Shown here in pieces: positions 41,730-55,464 of a stretch of DNA of 64,000 bases (positions within the stretch are counted from its first letter, which is position 1; the number at the start of each line of letters is the position of its first letter). The stretch comes from Tubiluchus corallicola. Taxonomy: Eukaryota > Animalia > Priapulida. The position numbers were made by a program, and so were the translations under genes. Below the pieces are notes generated by a model, which was given only the letters and a program-made list of their open reading frames with translations, was not told the origin of the DNA and did not search any database. Where the stretch lies: contig JAQGDQ010000124.1 in assembly GCA_030141605.1 (NCBI GenBank), positions 510,490-574,489 of the forward strand, in the 5' to 3' direction.

Positions 41730-42525
41730 TGATAATTGTTGTCGTCGTCCATTGAATCATGCGTTCAATATCCAGGGACATGATTCTGTTCACCTCCTCA
41801 CTCCAGGACTCACTGATCTGTGCTGAAGTGTTTTAATGTTGCTGCGCAAAATCTAAATTTGTTAACATTTGTCCTCCTGCAGATATTGCTTGCTGAAGGG
41901 CTGTCTTCACTAGACTATCATCAGTTAGTCTAAGCATGTGCCCAATCCATCTTAAACAACACCTTTTTATTTTTATTTTCCGACGTTCTTCTCTTATTTA
42001 TTCATATAATGTCATTATTTGAAATGTTCTTTGCCCATCTGATATACAAAATGTTTCTGTAATTTCATAGTTGAAATCCGTCAATTTCCGCTTTATAATT
42101 TCTCAGAGTTATACAGTAGTGCAGTTTCAACTAAGGTTTTGTTTTCAAAGATGTTTCCCTGTTCTCAACAACTTTTTGTGGGTTTTGAATATACTGATAA
42201 TGCCACTATCTTCAGTCTTGATGCATTTCTCTGTTACCAGCAGACTACCAAGACATTTGCAAGTTTTTCCATGATTCATCACCGTGACGAATTACGTGAG
42301 TTAGTTTTACTTTTGTTTAGTATAAGATCCATTTTTCAGATTTAATTCTATTGAGTTTTTTATTGCATTTAATTCATCTTTGTTTCTTGTGATCCATGCC
42401 ACATCATCAACGCACTTTATAGGGATGTTTGGTAGAAAGCTGTAACAGAGTTTTCGTCTTATTTCAGTTAGTATTAATTCAGGATAAAGTATCGTGTAAA
42501 TGTGATATTCTAAATCTTTCAATGC
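41730..42525 (-). mobile_element. Decayed RTE-like LINE 3' part
   Basis: Minus-strand CVDDVA (degenerate YADD) and LRWIGHMLRL...LVKTAL, typical of the RTE C-terminus. Confidence 0.6.
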
Positions 42526-42598
42526 TATAATTGTGTCCTTTGAGAGTTATGCATGATCCAGTAAGAGCTAATCGCGATAATATCAAAGTAATTATGGT

Positions 42599-42929
42599 CA
42601 GGGCCTATTTCAGCCTAGACGAAGCCCGGGGAAGTGGGGCGTGTGAGACCTCATCGGGGGTGGGGCGATGCGCCAGGGGGCGGGCGCCACCATTGTTGGC
42701 GCGCGGAAACTTTTTGAACTGCTAGAACGCCGGAGAAGCATTTTCGAAGAGAAAATCAAGACCAGTCCTTAATACTTGTCAATACTGGCAAATCGTGTGT
42801 GCGGCAAGAGAGGGAGAGAGGAGGCAGTATGTTCGCATAAAGCAAAAAAAACGTTACCTTTGCGCGAGGCACCCTGGAGGGTGAGGCCCCGGGGAAGTAT
42901 CCCCACTTCCCCCCTTGAAATAGGCCCTG
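42599..42929. mobile_element. hAT-family MITE, 331 bp
   Basis: Perfect 14-bp TIR CAGGGCCTATTTCA / TGAAATAGGCCCTG; perfect 8-bp TSD ATTATGGT. Confidence 0.93.
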
Positions 42930-43094
42930 ATTATGGTCACTGTATGATAAGTATAAAATAAGTCCTAAATACGATTATTCTAATAATATTTGTACAAATT
43001 TTCACGATTACAACATCTGTTTGCTTTACTTTAGCTTGGCTTGTACAGATAAGGTGCTTAGCTGTGAGACATCTAAAATAGGCTGGCTGATGCT

Positions 43095-43260
43095 ATCTGA
43101 CGTTTTCAATGATGTCATAAACGTTTATTCCCTACAGGCTTGGACGTCATAGCAAATTTTATTGGCTATGCCACACATTCAATAGACAGTTGAAGAACTC
43201 TAACAGGAAGGTTGTGTTGTTGAAGTTCTGAAGTATTTGAAAGAAACCACGGGGTAAGTC
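43095..43260 (+). promoter_or_regulatory. Putative promoter/exon module type B
   Basis: TGATGTCATAAACG, GGACGTCATAGCAA, CACACATTC, donor GGG|gtaagt at 43254. The following intron is homologous to 36170-36295. Confidence 0.55.
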
Positions 43261-45934
43261 TCCTGGAAATTTCTTCAAATTCTCTTACTGTTCCGTACAC
43301 GTCCTGAAATATGTTATTCTTACAACTAATTTGTTCATTAACGTCCTATTAATGCCTGCTAGTGACGCGAGTTATGCCTGTTTACGTCCTTTTTGAAGAA
43401 AGTGACAGAGCAGTTAAGAAAAACATGAATTTCTGGTAAAGAATTCTATATAGTTAATTGCGTAAGAAACGCAAAAGAATTTTATTGCGAATCGTGTTGC
43501 ATTTCAGCATGTCCAGGAAAAACATGAGAGCAAACTGATGAGATGTAAGAAATGTCCCGAAGAGGTTCTAATAACATCGTTTAGGTACCGACAAAAGTTA
43601 CTTAGTGTAGTACCCCCCCCCCCAATAGATCCTCTATGATCAAGGAATGGCAAGGAATTTTAAGTCTCTTTCCGTGAAGATCGTAATGGCTTGGGAGGGG
43701 GGGATAGCTTTTTACGCCTTGATATATCTTTCACAACAAGAACGGATTTAGTTTTTAACACTAACTTTGAATTCATGTGGTTTGAAATTAATCTTACAAG
43801 CTTAATTTTATATATGTGTGTCTGTTACCGGATTCCTACTCAAGATGCTCCTATCGAGGATGAGTTTATAAATCAGTTACAATTGTCTCACGACATGCTG
43901 ATTAGCAATGTTCGCTATGCAATCATATATATATAGGCGATTTTAACGCCAAGTGTGCAGTATGGTACCCTCCTGATGGTGAAAATCGTTTTGGTTCCAA
44001 ATTATAAACATTTACTGTTCAGGATCAACTTTCAGAGTTAGAAACACATCCTACCCGTATTTCAGATGTGTCTAGCTCTTTGATTGACCTTGTTATACTG
44101 ATGCTACCGGTTTAATAACAGAGAGTGGTGGCATGTCACCTATATATACACTTGATCATAACTCTATTTATGGTAAAATGCTTATAAATCTTCCAATTGC
44201 AGTTTCCTACCAAAGAAATTTTTTTTATTATAATACAGCAGACTGGTGAGGTTTAAATCAAGCTATTCATGCTACTGATTGGAATTTACTTTTTGCAAAT
44301 GAAACTGTTGATTCTGTTTGTGCTAATTTTATTACTAATTTGTCAAATTTGATTGATGACTATGTGCCACATAGAACCCATAACCATTCGGCCTTGGGAC
44401 AAGTTGTAGATGAACAGCTACGTCAGAAAATTAAGAAAATCTGAAGAAAAATCTCATAAATACTGCAAACTGTATCAAACTGCTAAATCTTAGGAGAAAT
44501 ACAAGCGTTGTAGGAATATTTATAATAATTCTTTAAAAAAGCTAAAACTGATTATATGAAGAAACTAAATACTAAATTACTCGATTCACAAACCTGCCCC
44601 AAGGCCTGGCGGAACAGTGTCAACTCATTTTACAAAAGCAAGCATGACTTTGTTATTCCACCTCTTAAAGTTAACAACTGTATTATAGCTGATACCAAGC
44701 TCAAATGTAATATATTTAACAATTTTTTTGCTGATAACTGTAGTGTAAATTGCGGTAATACCATACGTCCTCCTTTCTCTTTGATCACTGATAGTGTTTT
44801 GTCGACTGTTGACCTGTCTGAGCATATAGTTTTGTAATTTCTTGAAATGTGTAAAAGTCGGTAAATCAACAGGTCCCAATCGCATAAGTAATATTGTTTT
44901 GAGACAACGTTCTCAGTCGCTTTCTGAGCCTTTAACGTTATTATTTAAAATGTCTGTTAACAACGGAATGTTCCCGTCAGTATGGAAAATAACTAATGTT
45001 ACTCCTGTATTTAAAAAAAGGTGATGGGGAACTGATTACTAATTATAGGACAATTTCACTACTTTCTTGTGTTTCTGAAATCTTGGAGCAGATTGTGTAT
45101 AAAGAACTTTATAATTATCTTGTTACTGACAATAATCTGTTGAATGAGTGTAATTCTGGTTTCACGCCAGGTGATAGTACAATCAATCAATTGGTATCTA
45201 TTGTCCACAAAATATACTCTGATCTAGACGCTGATACAGGCAGTTTTTCTCGATGCAAGTAAAGCTTTTGACAAGATGTAGCACAAATGTCTCATATTAA
45301 AATTATCCCAGCTTTTGCATCAGTGGCCCTCACTACATTGGTTAGCTTCTTATTTATCTGGTAGTAGTCAACAAGTAGTTATGGAAGATGCCCATTTGTC
45401 CATGGCTGCTGGGGTGCCTCACGGCTCTGGGCCCTTTTTTGTTTCTTGTCTATGTAAATAACATTACTCATAATATACAGTGTGACATACGTCTTTTTGC
45501 CGATGATACTTCCATAATGGATACAGTCACAGACCCGGTAGATTCTGCACTGCGTCTAAATTCCGACCTAGAGGCCTTGCAGCACTGATATGATAGATGG
45601 TGTATTACCTTTAATCCACAGAAACCTGAAGTAATGCTCTTCTCTCGTAAAATCCAGCAACGTCATCATATGCCACTTTATCTCAATAATATAACTTTAA
45701 AACATGTTAATTCCCATAAGCACCTGGGGATACATATTACATGTGATCTAAAATGGGAACAACGTGTAAAGCTAGAGCCCAGATAGTGGTCATCGCATCT
45801 GTTCAGCCAAAACTAAGAAACTTGCGAGGTCTAGCTGCTCTAGCCACTATACTGCCGCATTCAACTTATGAATTCTTGTTGGAAACAATTATTTTACCCA
45901 CTTTTGAATACAGTAGTATTGTAATAAATAATAG

Positions 45935-47340
45935 ATAATTTTATTTCGTAAACATGGTTCAACGCAGTAATAATATAAAATAACTAATGGAAGTTAGCCA
46001 TATGCGAGGGCAACGTATGATCATGGGGTCCTTCACACGTTGCCCTTATTTAAAGATTAATGAATTTGCAGTGGCTGAATTTGCAATGTGAAGATAAGGC
46101 AGTATTAACTCTTTTAAAATAAGGTCTAATTTAACTCTAGTAAAAGATACAAATTTGTATAAGTCTTAAAAACTAAAGATTTCCTATAAATAAATTTTAC
46201 TTCATAATTATTTTATGTTATGCTTTTTATGAACAAGAATCTTACATAGTTAATCAGATTTTGTATTCCCTACAATGAAATATATCATTTTAAAGTAATG
46301 CATTATATATTTCAAATGTGTGATTTAATATTTTAGCATTGTATTAATTATTGCAATGTATATTTTGAATGAACGATTTCACACTGTCTACTAATACGAT
46401 ATGATTCACAACTCCTGCTGTTTCTTTCACAGTTTTTTAACTTGAGTGAATTTGTGAAAGTGTTTCCAGAATATGAGGGCTAAGTACAGAAGCAACTAAG
46501 TTGAAGCACGTGTGCAGAAAAAGCACTCAACGTTTTTTAACTTGAGTGAATTTGTGAAAGTGTTTCCAGAATATGAGGGCTAAGTACAGAAGCAACTAAG
46601 TTGAAGCACACGTGCAGAAAAAAGCACTCAATGTTTTTAACTTGAGTGAATTTGTGAAAGTGTTTCCAGAATATGAGGGCTAAGTACAGAAGCAACTAAG
46701 TTGAAGCACACGTGCAGAAAAAGCACTCAATGTTCTTTAACTTGAGTGAATTTGTGAAAGTGTTTCCAGAATATGAGGGCTAAGTACAGAAGCAACTAAG
46801 TTGAAGCACACGTGCAGAAAAAGCACTCAATGTTTTTTAACTTGAGTGAATTTGTGAAAGTGTTTCCAGAATATGAGGGCTAAGTACAGAAGCAACTAAG
46901 TTGAAACACACGTGCAGAAGAAGCACTCAATGTTTTTTTAGACAAAGATCAAGAAAGTATAGTAACTGTAATTGTAAAAATAAAATATGATATAAAGATG
47001 TTAAGTGAAGGGAAATAGATGGAAAACTGGCAAAAGAATGGCACAAAATGAATAAGATGTACACTTTAAACTATTTTTACAAGCCCACATATTTCGCAAT
47101 TAAGTAAAAACTACATTTTTTATGCTGTTTGAAGGGACTGATTAACTGTTATATAACTAGGGAGGTTGTTCCACAACTTGACCCCATTATGTCGAAAACT
47201 GTTGAATCCATGCTGGGTATTAAAGCGAGGCTGAAAGAAATGTCCTTTTGAGGACCGTGTGTGATAAAAATGATGTTATATATTTTTAAAAATAGTTTTT
47301 ATAAAGACTAGGCAGCATATCATTTTATAAAGACTAGGCA
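45935..47340 (-). mobile_element. Nested antisense LINE 3' end inside the CR1
   Basis: Minus strand 47160-47280 reads HHFYHTRSSKGHFFQPRFNTQHGFNSFRHNGVKLWNNLP, a LINE ORF2 C-terminus, followed by a long AT-rich 3' UTR. Confidence 0.65.
46432..46939. repeat. 100-bp tandem repeat, 5 copies
   Basis: cttgagtgaatttgtgaaag recurs at 46441, 46541, 46641, 46741 and 46841. Confidence 0.96.
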
Positions 47341-48488
47341 ACTAGTCGTAATGTTGAATCTGTGCTTGATAATATTCAGTTGAGTGCTACGCGTATATGT
47401 ACCGGTGCTATGTCAGGTTCAAATCATTCAAATCTTTTGTTCGAAGCAGGACTGGACCCTTTTCTAAGCGCTTCCATATTTTCGCTTATGTACCTTTTAT
47501 AAAATTGTGAATCACTTAGCTCCCCATTACCGCTTTAATATTTTACCTCCCCGTGTAGGGGATATTACATTGTATCCAGTCCGTAATAACGAAAACTTTT
47601 CTAATTACATCTGTCACTCAACTGCTTTTGCTAATTCTTTTTCTTGCCTCGGTTAAGTGCTGGAATAATTTACCTCTTGATATCCGTAACTCTAACTCTT
47701 TAAATATCTTTGAATTTCGACTACAGAATCACGTGTTTTAATAAGCGGCCTACTTACTTTTCAAGTGGTATTCGAAATTTATCTGTACACCATACTAGAA
47801 TGAGAGTTGGTTTTTGTCAAATTAATTATGATTTGTACCTCAGAAAATGTAAAAATTACGACAGGTCGCTGGTATCACCTAATTGTCAATGTGGTTCTGC
47901 TTATGAAACAGTGGGGCATTACTTAATTAGCTGTCTTCTTTACCACCAGGTCAGACATGACTTATTTACAAATCTCTGCACTCTTTTGTCAGCTTTTAAC
48001 ATCAATGTTTACAGTCTTGCAACAAATGAACTTGTACGTTTGTTCCTGCATGGGAACCGTACCCTAGATAATTTTGTGAAGATCAATAAGGACATTAAAA
48101 CAAAAACACAACAGTGTTTTGTTCTCTACAATGAACACGAAGTAGTACCTCAGACGAATTAAAGAGAAGCTGGCATGTTGGAAAATTAGTTATTTCGTAA
48201 ATACAGTATCTAAAAAACAGATTTGTAAATTAACACAACGTTAAGTGAACAGTATATAGAGTTGTAATGAAATTGCTTCAGAAATTCAATATTTGCAAGC
48301 AGAAAAAAGTTACAGGATGAAATTTTTTAGAGCTCCTTTTTTAGAGTTCAGTCACCATCACCACTATAATCATCAGTTTAAACAGTTCAAGCAGTTTTCC
48401 GAAATTCGCCTAAATGTACTAAAACTTATGAATATAAGAAACTACTTTGTAATATGCGTCTTTAGTGACGTAATAAGGTCTAAATCGG

Positions 48489-48763
48489 TAGAAATAGAGA
48501 ATCTTGTGTACTCCAGAAATAGGGAATCTTGGGTACTCTAGAAATAGAGAATCTTGGGTACTCTAGAAATAGAGAATCTTGTGTACTCCAGAAATAGAGA
48601 ATCTTGTGTACTCCAGAAATAGGGAATCTTGGGTACTCTAGAAATAGAGAATCTTGTGTACTCCAGAAATAGAGAATCTTGTGTACTCCAGAAATAGAGA
48701 ATCTTGGGTACTCTAGAAATAGAGAATCATGTGTACTCCAGAAATAGAGAATCTTGGGTACTC
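48489..48763. repeat. 25-bp minisatellite, about 11 copies
   Basis: Unit agaaatagagaatcttgtgtactcc. Confidence 0.95.
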
Positions 48764-48928
48764 GGCCAAGCCGAATCTGCAAGTTGGAATAGGTTTTATC
48801 ATAGCGATCCTAAGAAAATTTTCAGGTAAAAAACAGGTAAGTACTTAAACTAAAATGTGGTTAAGTTTGCTGATCAGGTCACGGCCAAAGCAAAATTATC
48901 TTGAACTTACTCGTCTATTTTATTTCAG

Positions 48929-49065
48929 TAAGCTGAAGAATAAATGCACTGCAAGAATGTTGGTACTTGGTAAGGGATAAGGAATTCTGGAACGATCGTG
49001 TCAGTAGATGAGCAGTGGAAAGGGATATATGATGTCAGGAACTGAACATGAACATCATCGCTCCG
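48929..49065 (+). other. Putative 137-nt exon, repeated in each unit
   Basis: tatttcag| ... TCCG|gtaagt. Stops in all frames in the 5' part; an ATG-started MSSGKGYMMSGTEHEHHRS runs to the donor. Confidence 0.45.
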
Positions 49066-49869
49066 GTAAGTTTGCATGTCTAGTCATACTCGTTGAAATG
49101 TTTTTAATATTTTGCTATGTAGCAGTATCTTCTTGATTTGTCCTCGGTTTTTATTATTTATATTTATTTTTGTGCATCTTTAATAATTGCATGTGCGCAG
49201 AGTTATCCATGCAGCTCATAGTGAACACTCCTTAGGCAAGAGAAACTACGTTTATATGCATGTTCTGCATCTTCCTGTTTTTGAGCCAGGACCACAGTTT
49301 ATGCGATTAAGTGAAGTCGAGTTTTTGTGCATGGCTGAATGTAAGTTATCACTGTTTTTGACCCAGTCAAAAACGTCATCTAGTCTGTATCTTATACTGG
49401 TCTTGCAGTAATTATTATTAGTATTTTATGAACAGTTTATTGCACAAGCCACACTTTGCATAGTAAACAATCTTGTTAAGATACATATCTGAATCCTATT
49501 GATTTGCCCTAGGTTTCAATTATTTAAGATTATGCAATATTTGCAGAACGTTATTGAAATAAATCATTCATTATTGTTTCTCCACTACAACAGCAAATAA
49601 CTCCAAAACTAGAGTACCTAGAGTTGCCAAACTTGTTCGGTAGACACTAAGGGTAAGGCAGATACAACTGAATAGCCCTGGATCAAAATTTGTGAAGTGG
49701 ACGAGTATTTATTTTCTCCTAGCTGTATGTGCCCCTTTAGTATTTGAGCTAGGCTGCAATTTATGATGTGTGATTAAGGGTCGACTTACTCTGCACGGCG
49801 GAATATGAGATACCAGTGTTTTTGACACAGTCAAAAACGTCATCAGGTTTATACCTGATACTGGTCTTG

Positions 49870-50078
49870 CATCAAAAGCCTTGGTGAGGTCTATCAATGT
49901 TGTGAAGAGACTGACGTTCTGTTCTTGGCACTTCACTTGAAGTTGTCTTGCAGCAAAGATCATATCTACCCTTCCTCTGCCTGCTCTAAAGCCACACTGG
50001 CTCTCTGGGAGGTCTTTCTCCAGGTGCAGCAACAGTCGATTTAGTAGGACACGTGCCAGGATCTTGCCTGCTATGGAA
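49870..50078 (-). mobile_element. RTE fragment, unit 1
   Basis: AGKILARVLLNRL...ESQCGFRAGRG..DMIF...DLTKAFD. Confidence 0.9.
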
Positions 50079-51347
50079 ACATACAATGTAAGTAAATACA
50101 TATTTTTTAATTATATTGTATTTTTATAATCCAGCAATTTCTTGCAATTTAGTCTAACTAATGCCAACTCTTATTAATTCGATGACTAGCAAAGTTCATT
50201 TATAACCAGATATTGTGTTTGTAAGATTTAGAACTACAAAATTAACTATGACAAAATAGACATAATAATTATCAAAAATTATTATTGACATGGAAAATTT
50301 TCAGGTAAACAACAGGTAAGTACTTAAACTAAAGTGTAGTTAAGTTTGCTGATCAGGTCACGGCCAAAGCAAAATTACATTGAACTTACTCATCTATTTT
50401 ATTTCAGTAAGCTGAAGAATAAATGCACTGCAAGAATGTTGGTACTTTGTAAGGGATAAGGAATTCTGGAACGATCATGTCAGTAGATGAGCAGTGGAAA
50501 GGGATATATGATGTCACAAACTGAACATGAACATCATGGATCCGGTAAGTTTGCATGTCTAGTCATACTCGTTGAGATGTTTTAATATTCTGCTATGCAG
50601 CAGTATCTTCTTGATTTGTCCTCGGTTTTTATTATTTATATTTATTTTTGTGCATCTTTGATAATTGCATGTGCGCAGAGTTATACATGCAGCTCATAGT
50701 GAACACTCTCAAGGCAAGAGAAACTACGTTTATATGCATGTTCTGCATCTTCCTGTTTTTGAGCCAGGACCACAGTTTATGCGATTAAGTGAAGTCGAGT
50801 TTTTTTAGCATGGTTGAATGTAAGTTATCACTGGTTTTGACACAGTCAAAAACGTCATCTAGTCTGTATCTTATACTGGTCTTGCAGTAATTATTATTAA
50901 TATTTTATGAACAGTTTATTGCACAAGCCACACTTTGCATAGTAAACAATCTTGTTAAGATACATTTCTGAATCCTATTGATTTGCCCTAGGTTTCAATT
51001 ATTTAAGATTATACAATATTTGCAGAATGTTATTGAAATAAATCATTCATTGTTTCTCCACTACAACAGCGAATAACTCCAAAACTAGAGTACCTAGAGT
51101 TGCCAAACTTGTATGGTAGACACTAAGGGTAAGGCAGATACAACTGAATAGCATAACTGGATCAAAATTTGTGAAGTGGATGAGTATTTATTTTCTCCTA
51201 GTTGTATGTGCCCCTTTAGTATTTGAGCTAGGCTGCAATTTATGATGTGTGATTAAGGGTCGACTTACTCTGCATGGCGGAATATGAGATACCAGTGTTT
51301 TTGACACAGTCAAAAACGTCATCAGGTCTATCTGATACTGGTCTCGC

Positions 51348-51558
51348 ATCAAAAGCCTTGGTAAGGTCTATCAATGTTGTGAAGAGGCTGATGTTCTGTT
51401 CTTGGCACTTCCCTTGAAGTTGTCTTGCAGCAAAGAGATCATATCCACCATTCCTCTGCCTGCTCTAAAGCCACACTGGCTCTCTGGGAGGTCTTTCTCC
51501 AGGTGCAGCAACAGTCGATTTAGTAGGACACGTGCCAGGTTCTTGCCTGCTATGGAAA
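51348..51558 (-). mobile_element. RTE fragment, unit 2
   Basis: Same fragment and junctions as unit 1. Confidence 0.9.
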
Positions 51559-53289
51559 CATACAATGTAAGTAAATACATATTTTTTAATTATATTGTAT
51601 TTTTATAATCCAGCAATTTCTTGCAATTTAGTCTAATTAATGCCAACTCTTATTAATTCGATGACTAGCAAAGTTTATTTATAACCAGATATTGTGTTTG
51701 TAAGATTTAGAACTACAAAATTAACTATGACAAAATAGACATAATAATTATCAAAAATTATTATTGACATGGAAAATTTTCAGGTAAACAACAGGTAAGT
51801 ACTTAAACTAAAGTGTAGTTAAGTTTGCTGATCAGGTCACGGCCAAAGCAAAATTATCTTGAACTTACACGTCTATTTTATTTCAGTAAGCTGAAGAATA
51901 AATGCACTGCAAGAATGTTGGTACTTGGTAAGGGATAAGGAATTCTGGAATGGTCATGTCAGTAGATGAGCAGTGGAAAGGGATATATGATGTCACGAAC
52001 TGAACATGAACATCATCGCTCCGGTAAGTTTGCATGTCTAGTCATACTCGTTGAGATGTTTTAATATTCTGCTATGCGGCAGTATCTTCTTGATTTGTCC
52101 TCGGTTTTTATTATTTATATTTATTTTTGTGCATCTTTAATAATTGCATGTGCGCAGAGTTATACATGCAGCTCACAGTGAACACTCCCAAGGCAAGAGA
52201 AACTACGTTTATATGCATGTTCTGTGTCCTCCTGTTTTTGAGCCAGGACCACAGTTTATGCGATTAAGTGAAGTCGAGTTTTTCTGCATAGCTGAACATA
52301 AGTTATCACTGGTTTTGACACAGTCAAAAACGTCATCTAGTCTTTACTGGTCTTGCAGTAGTTATTATTAATATTTTATGAACAGTTTATTGCACAAGCC
52401 ACACTTTGCATAGTAAACAATCTTGTTAAGATACATAACTGAATCCTATTGATTTGCCCTAGGTTTCACTTATTTAAGATTATGCAATATTTGCGGAATG
52501 TTATTGAAATAAATTATTCATTATTGTTTCTCCACTATAACAGTGAATAACTCCAAAACTAGAGTACCTAGAGTTGCCAAACTTGTACGGTAGACACTAA
52601 GGGTAAGGCAGATACAACTGAATAGCATAACTGGATCAAAATTTGTGAAGTGGTCGAGTATTTATTTTCTCCTAGCTGTATGTGCCCCTTTAGTATTTGA
52701 GTTAGGCTGCAATTTATGTGTGATTAAGGGTCGACTTACTCTGCACGGCTGAATATGAGATACCAGTGTTTTTGACACACTCAAAAACCTCATCTAGTCT
52801 ACACCTTATACTGGTCTTGCAGTAGTTATTTTTAATATTTTCTGAACAGCATGTTGCACGACTCACTATGTATAGTGAACGATAGTGTTCAGGTACATAA
52901 CTGAATCTTATTGATTTCCCCCAGGTTTTTATTATTTAGAATATATAACACCTGTTAGCTGCAATATTTCCTAGAAAGAATGTTATTGAAAATCAACTGT
53001 TCTGTGGGGGAGTTGGTGTAATTGGAATGTTTAAAGTCTGCTAAAATTGTTTGCTGTTAGATCTGAGCAAGTTTTTGTAAACCACTATCAGTCATAAACT
53101 CCAAATAATTTTACTCAGCAGCTTATTATTTTGGAGTTTTATGTTTGATCTCTTTCCGTTGAATATTTTACGAATGCATCATTGCCAAAAACCAGGTATT
53201 ATCTACCCATCATTGCTTAGTTTATTTTAGTTATTGTAATTTCGTACAAGCATTTAATTTCTTAATACGTAAATTTGCTTAATGGAAAC

Positions 53290-53724
53290 ATGATGTTCAT
53301 CCTTCGAATCGAAGATGACCATAGTGACAGGGATAAAGGGTCAGTTTGGGGGGTTGTCATTCCTTTGATGAGCTCGAAGTTGACTGACTAGGCCAATTCT
53401 GGCATTTGGCACAGGTGAGGCTGGGTGTTTTGACCTGTGGTTGAGCAGTGTCACATGCCTTGCGTCTCCTGCGCTTCCCCTCTGCCTCCTCAATTCTTTT
53501 TGCCTCTGCTATCTTAGCACCTGTGGTGATGGCACTCCGCCATGCTGAGCAATCTTGTGCAAGGGCTTCCATTGAGCGGATATCCATGCTGAGCTCCTTG
53601 AGTGAGGCACCTTCAGGCTGTCTTTGAAGCATTTCTTTGGTCGTCTCTAGAAGAAGGTCTTTCTCCAGGTGCAGCAACAGTCGATTTAGTAGGACATGTG
53701 CCAGGATCTTGCCTGCTGTGGAAA
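53290..53724 (-). mobile_element. Internally deleted RTE, unit 3
   Basis: The 5' piece AGKILAHVLLNRL is joined directly to the C-terminal EALAQDCSAWR and the 3' tail. Confidence 0.9.
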
Positions 53725-55464
53725 CATACAATGTAAGTAAATATATATTTTTTAATTATATTGTATTTTTATAATCCAGCAAATTTCTTGCAATTTTGTC
53801 TAATTAATGCCAACTCTTATTAATTTGATGACTAGGGAAGTTTTTTAATACTAGATATTGTGTTTAGTAAGATTTAGAACTGCAAAATTAACTATGACAA
53901 AATAGACATAATAATTATCAAAAAATATTATTGATAAGGAAAATTTTCAGGTAAACAACAGGTAAGTACTTAAACTAAAGTGTGGTTAAGTTTGCTGATC
54001 AGGTCACGGCCAAAGCAAAATTATCTTGAACTTATTCGTCTATTTTATTTCAGTAAACTGAAGAATAAATGCACTGCAAGAATGTTGGTACTTGGTAAGG
54101 GATAAGGAATTTTGGAATGGTCATATCAGTAGATGAGCAGTGGAAAGGGATATATGATGTCAGGAACTGAACATGAACATCATCGATCCGGTGAGTTTGC
54201 ATGTCTAGTCGTACTTGTTGAGATGTTTTTAATATTTTGCTATGTGGCAGTATCTTCTTGATTTGTCCTCGGTTTTTATTATTTATATTTATTTTCGTGC
54301 ATTTTTAATAATTGCATGTGCACAGAGTTATCCATGCAGCTCATAGTGAACACTCCCAAGGCAAGAGAAACTACGTTTATATGCATGTTCTGCGTCCTCC
54401 TGTACGTGAGCCAGGACCACAGTTTATGTGATTAAGTGAAGTCGAGTTTTGTGCATGGCTGAATATAAGTTATCACTGTTTTTGACACAGTCAAAAATGT
54501 CATCTAGTCTTTACTGGTCTTGCAGTAGTTATTATTAATATTTTATGAACAGTTTATTGCACAAGCCACACTTTTGCATAGTAAATAATCTTGTTAAGAA
54601 ACATATATGAATGTGAATCCTATTGATTTGTCCTAGGTTTCAATTATTTAAGATTATGCAATATTTGCAGAATGTTATTGAAAAAAATCATTCATTATTG
54701 TTTCTCCACTATAACAGCGAATAACTCCAAAACTAGAGTACCTAGAGTTGCCAAACTTGTACGGTAGACACTAAGGGTAAGGCAGACACAACTGAATAGC
54801 ATAACTGGATCAAAATTTGTGAAGCGGTCGAGTATTTATTTTCTCCTAGCTGTATGTGCCCCTTTAGTATTTGAGCTAGGCTGCAATTTATGTGTGATTA
54901 AGGGCCGACTTACTCTGCAGGGCTGAATATGAGATACCAGTGTTTTTGACGCAGTTAAAAATCTCATCTAGTCTATACCTGATACTGGTCTTGCAGTAGT
55001 CATTTTTAGTATTTTCTGAACACCATGTTGCATGACTCACACTATGCATAGTGAACAATCGTGTTCAGGTACATAACTGAATCTTATTGATTTCCCCCAG
55101 GTTTTTATTATTTAGAATATATAATACTTGTTAGATGCAATACTTCCTAGAAAGAATGTTATTGAAAATCAACCGTTCTGTGGGGCAGTTGGTGTAATTG
55201 GAATGTTTAAAGTCTGCAAAAATTGTTTGCTGTTAGATCTGAGCAAGTTTTTGTAAACCACCATCAATCATAAACTCCAAATAATTTTACTCAGCAGCTT
55301 ATTATTTTGGAATTTTATGTGTGATCTCTTTCCATTGAATATTTTACGAATGCATCATTGCCAAAAACCAGGTATTATTTACCCATCATTGCTTAGTTTA
55401 TTTTAGTTATTGTAATTTCGTAGAAGCATTTAATTTCTTAATACGTAAATTTGCTTAATGGAAA

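Larger units (their letters stand above)
43680..48070 (+). mobile_element. CR1-like LINE ORF2 pseudogene (endonuclease plus RT), interrupted
   Basis: EN-like CVCYR.P, GDFNA, SLIDL and DH motifs; KSTGP; NYRTISLLSCVS; SGF.PGDSTINQL; LFADDT; KHLG; EYSSIV. It resumes near 47350 (LDNIQLSATRICTG) and ends with C-terminal CQCG..ETVGHYLISC. Many stops. Confidence 0.92.

Noticed and set aside
48480-48782. 100-aa repetitive ORF
   Set aside because: Translation of the 25-bp minisatellite.
49805-49870. Hammerhead ribozyme on the minus strand (CTGATGA in a three-way junction)
   Set aside because: The required GAAA is AAAA, stem I does not close correctly, and most paralogous copies have TAGATGA.
53357-53731. 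Novel chimeric 124-aa protein
   Set aside because: Chance open frame across an RTE internal deletion, starting in flanking DNA.
54930-55076. H/ACA snoRNA (two hairpins then ACA)
   Set aside because: No ANANNA H box in the hinge and inconsistent pockets between paralogs; kept only as a generic structured-module finding.
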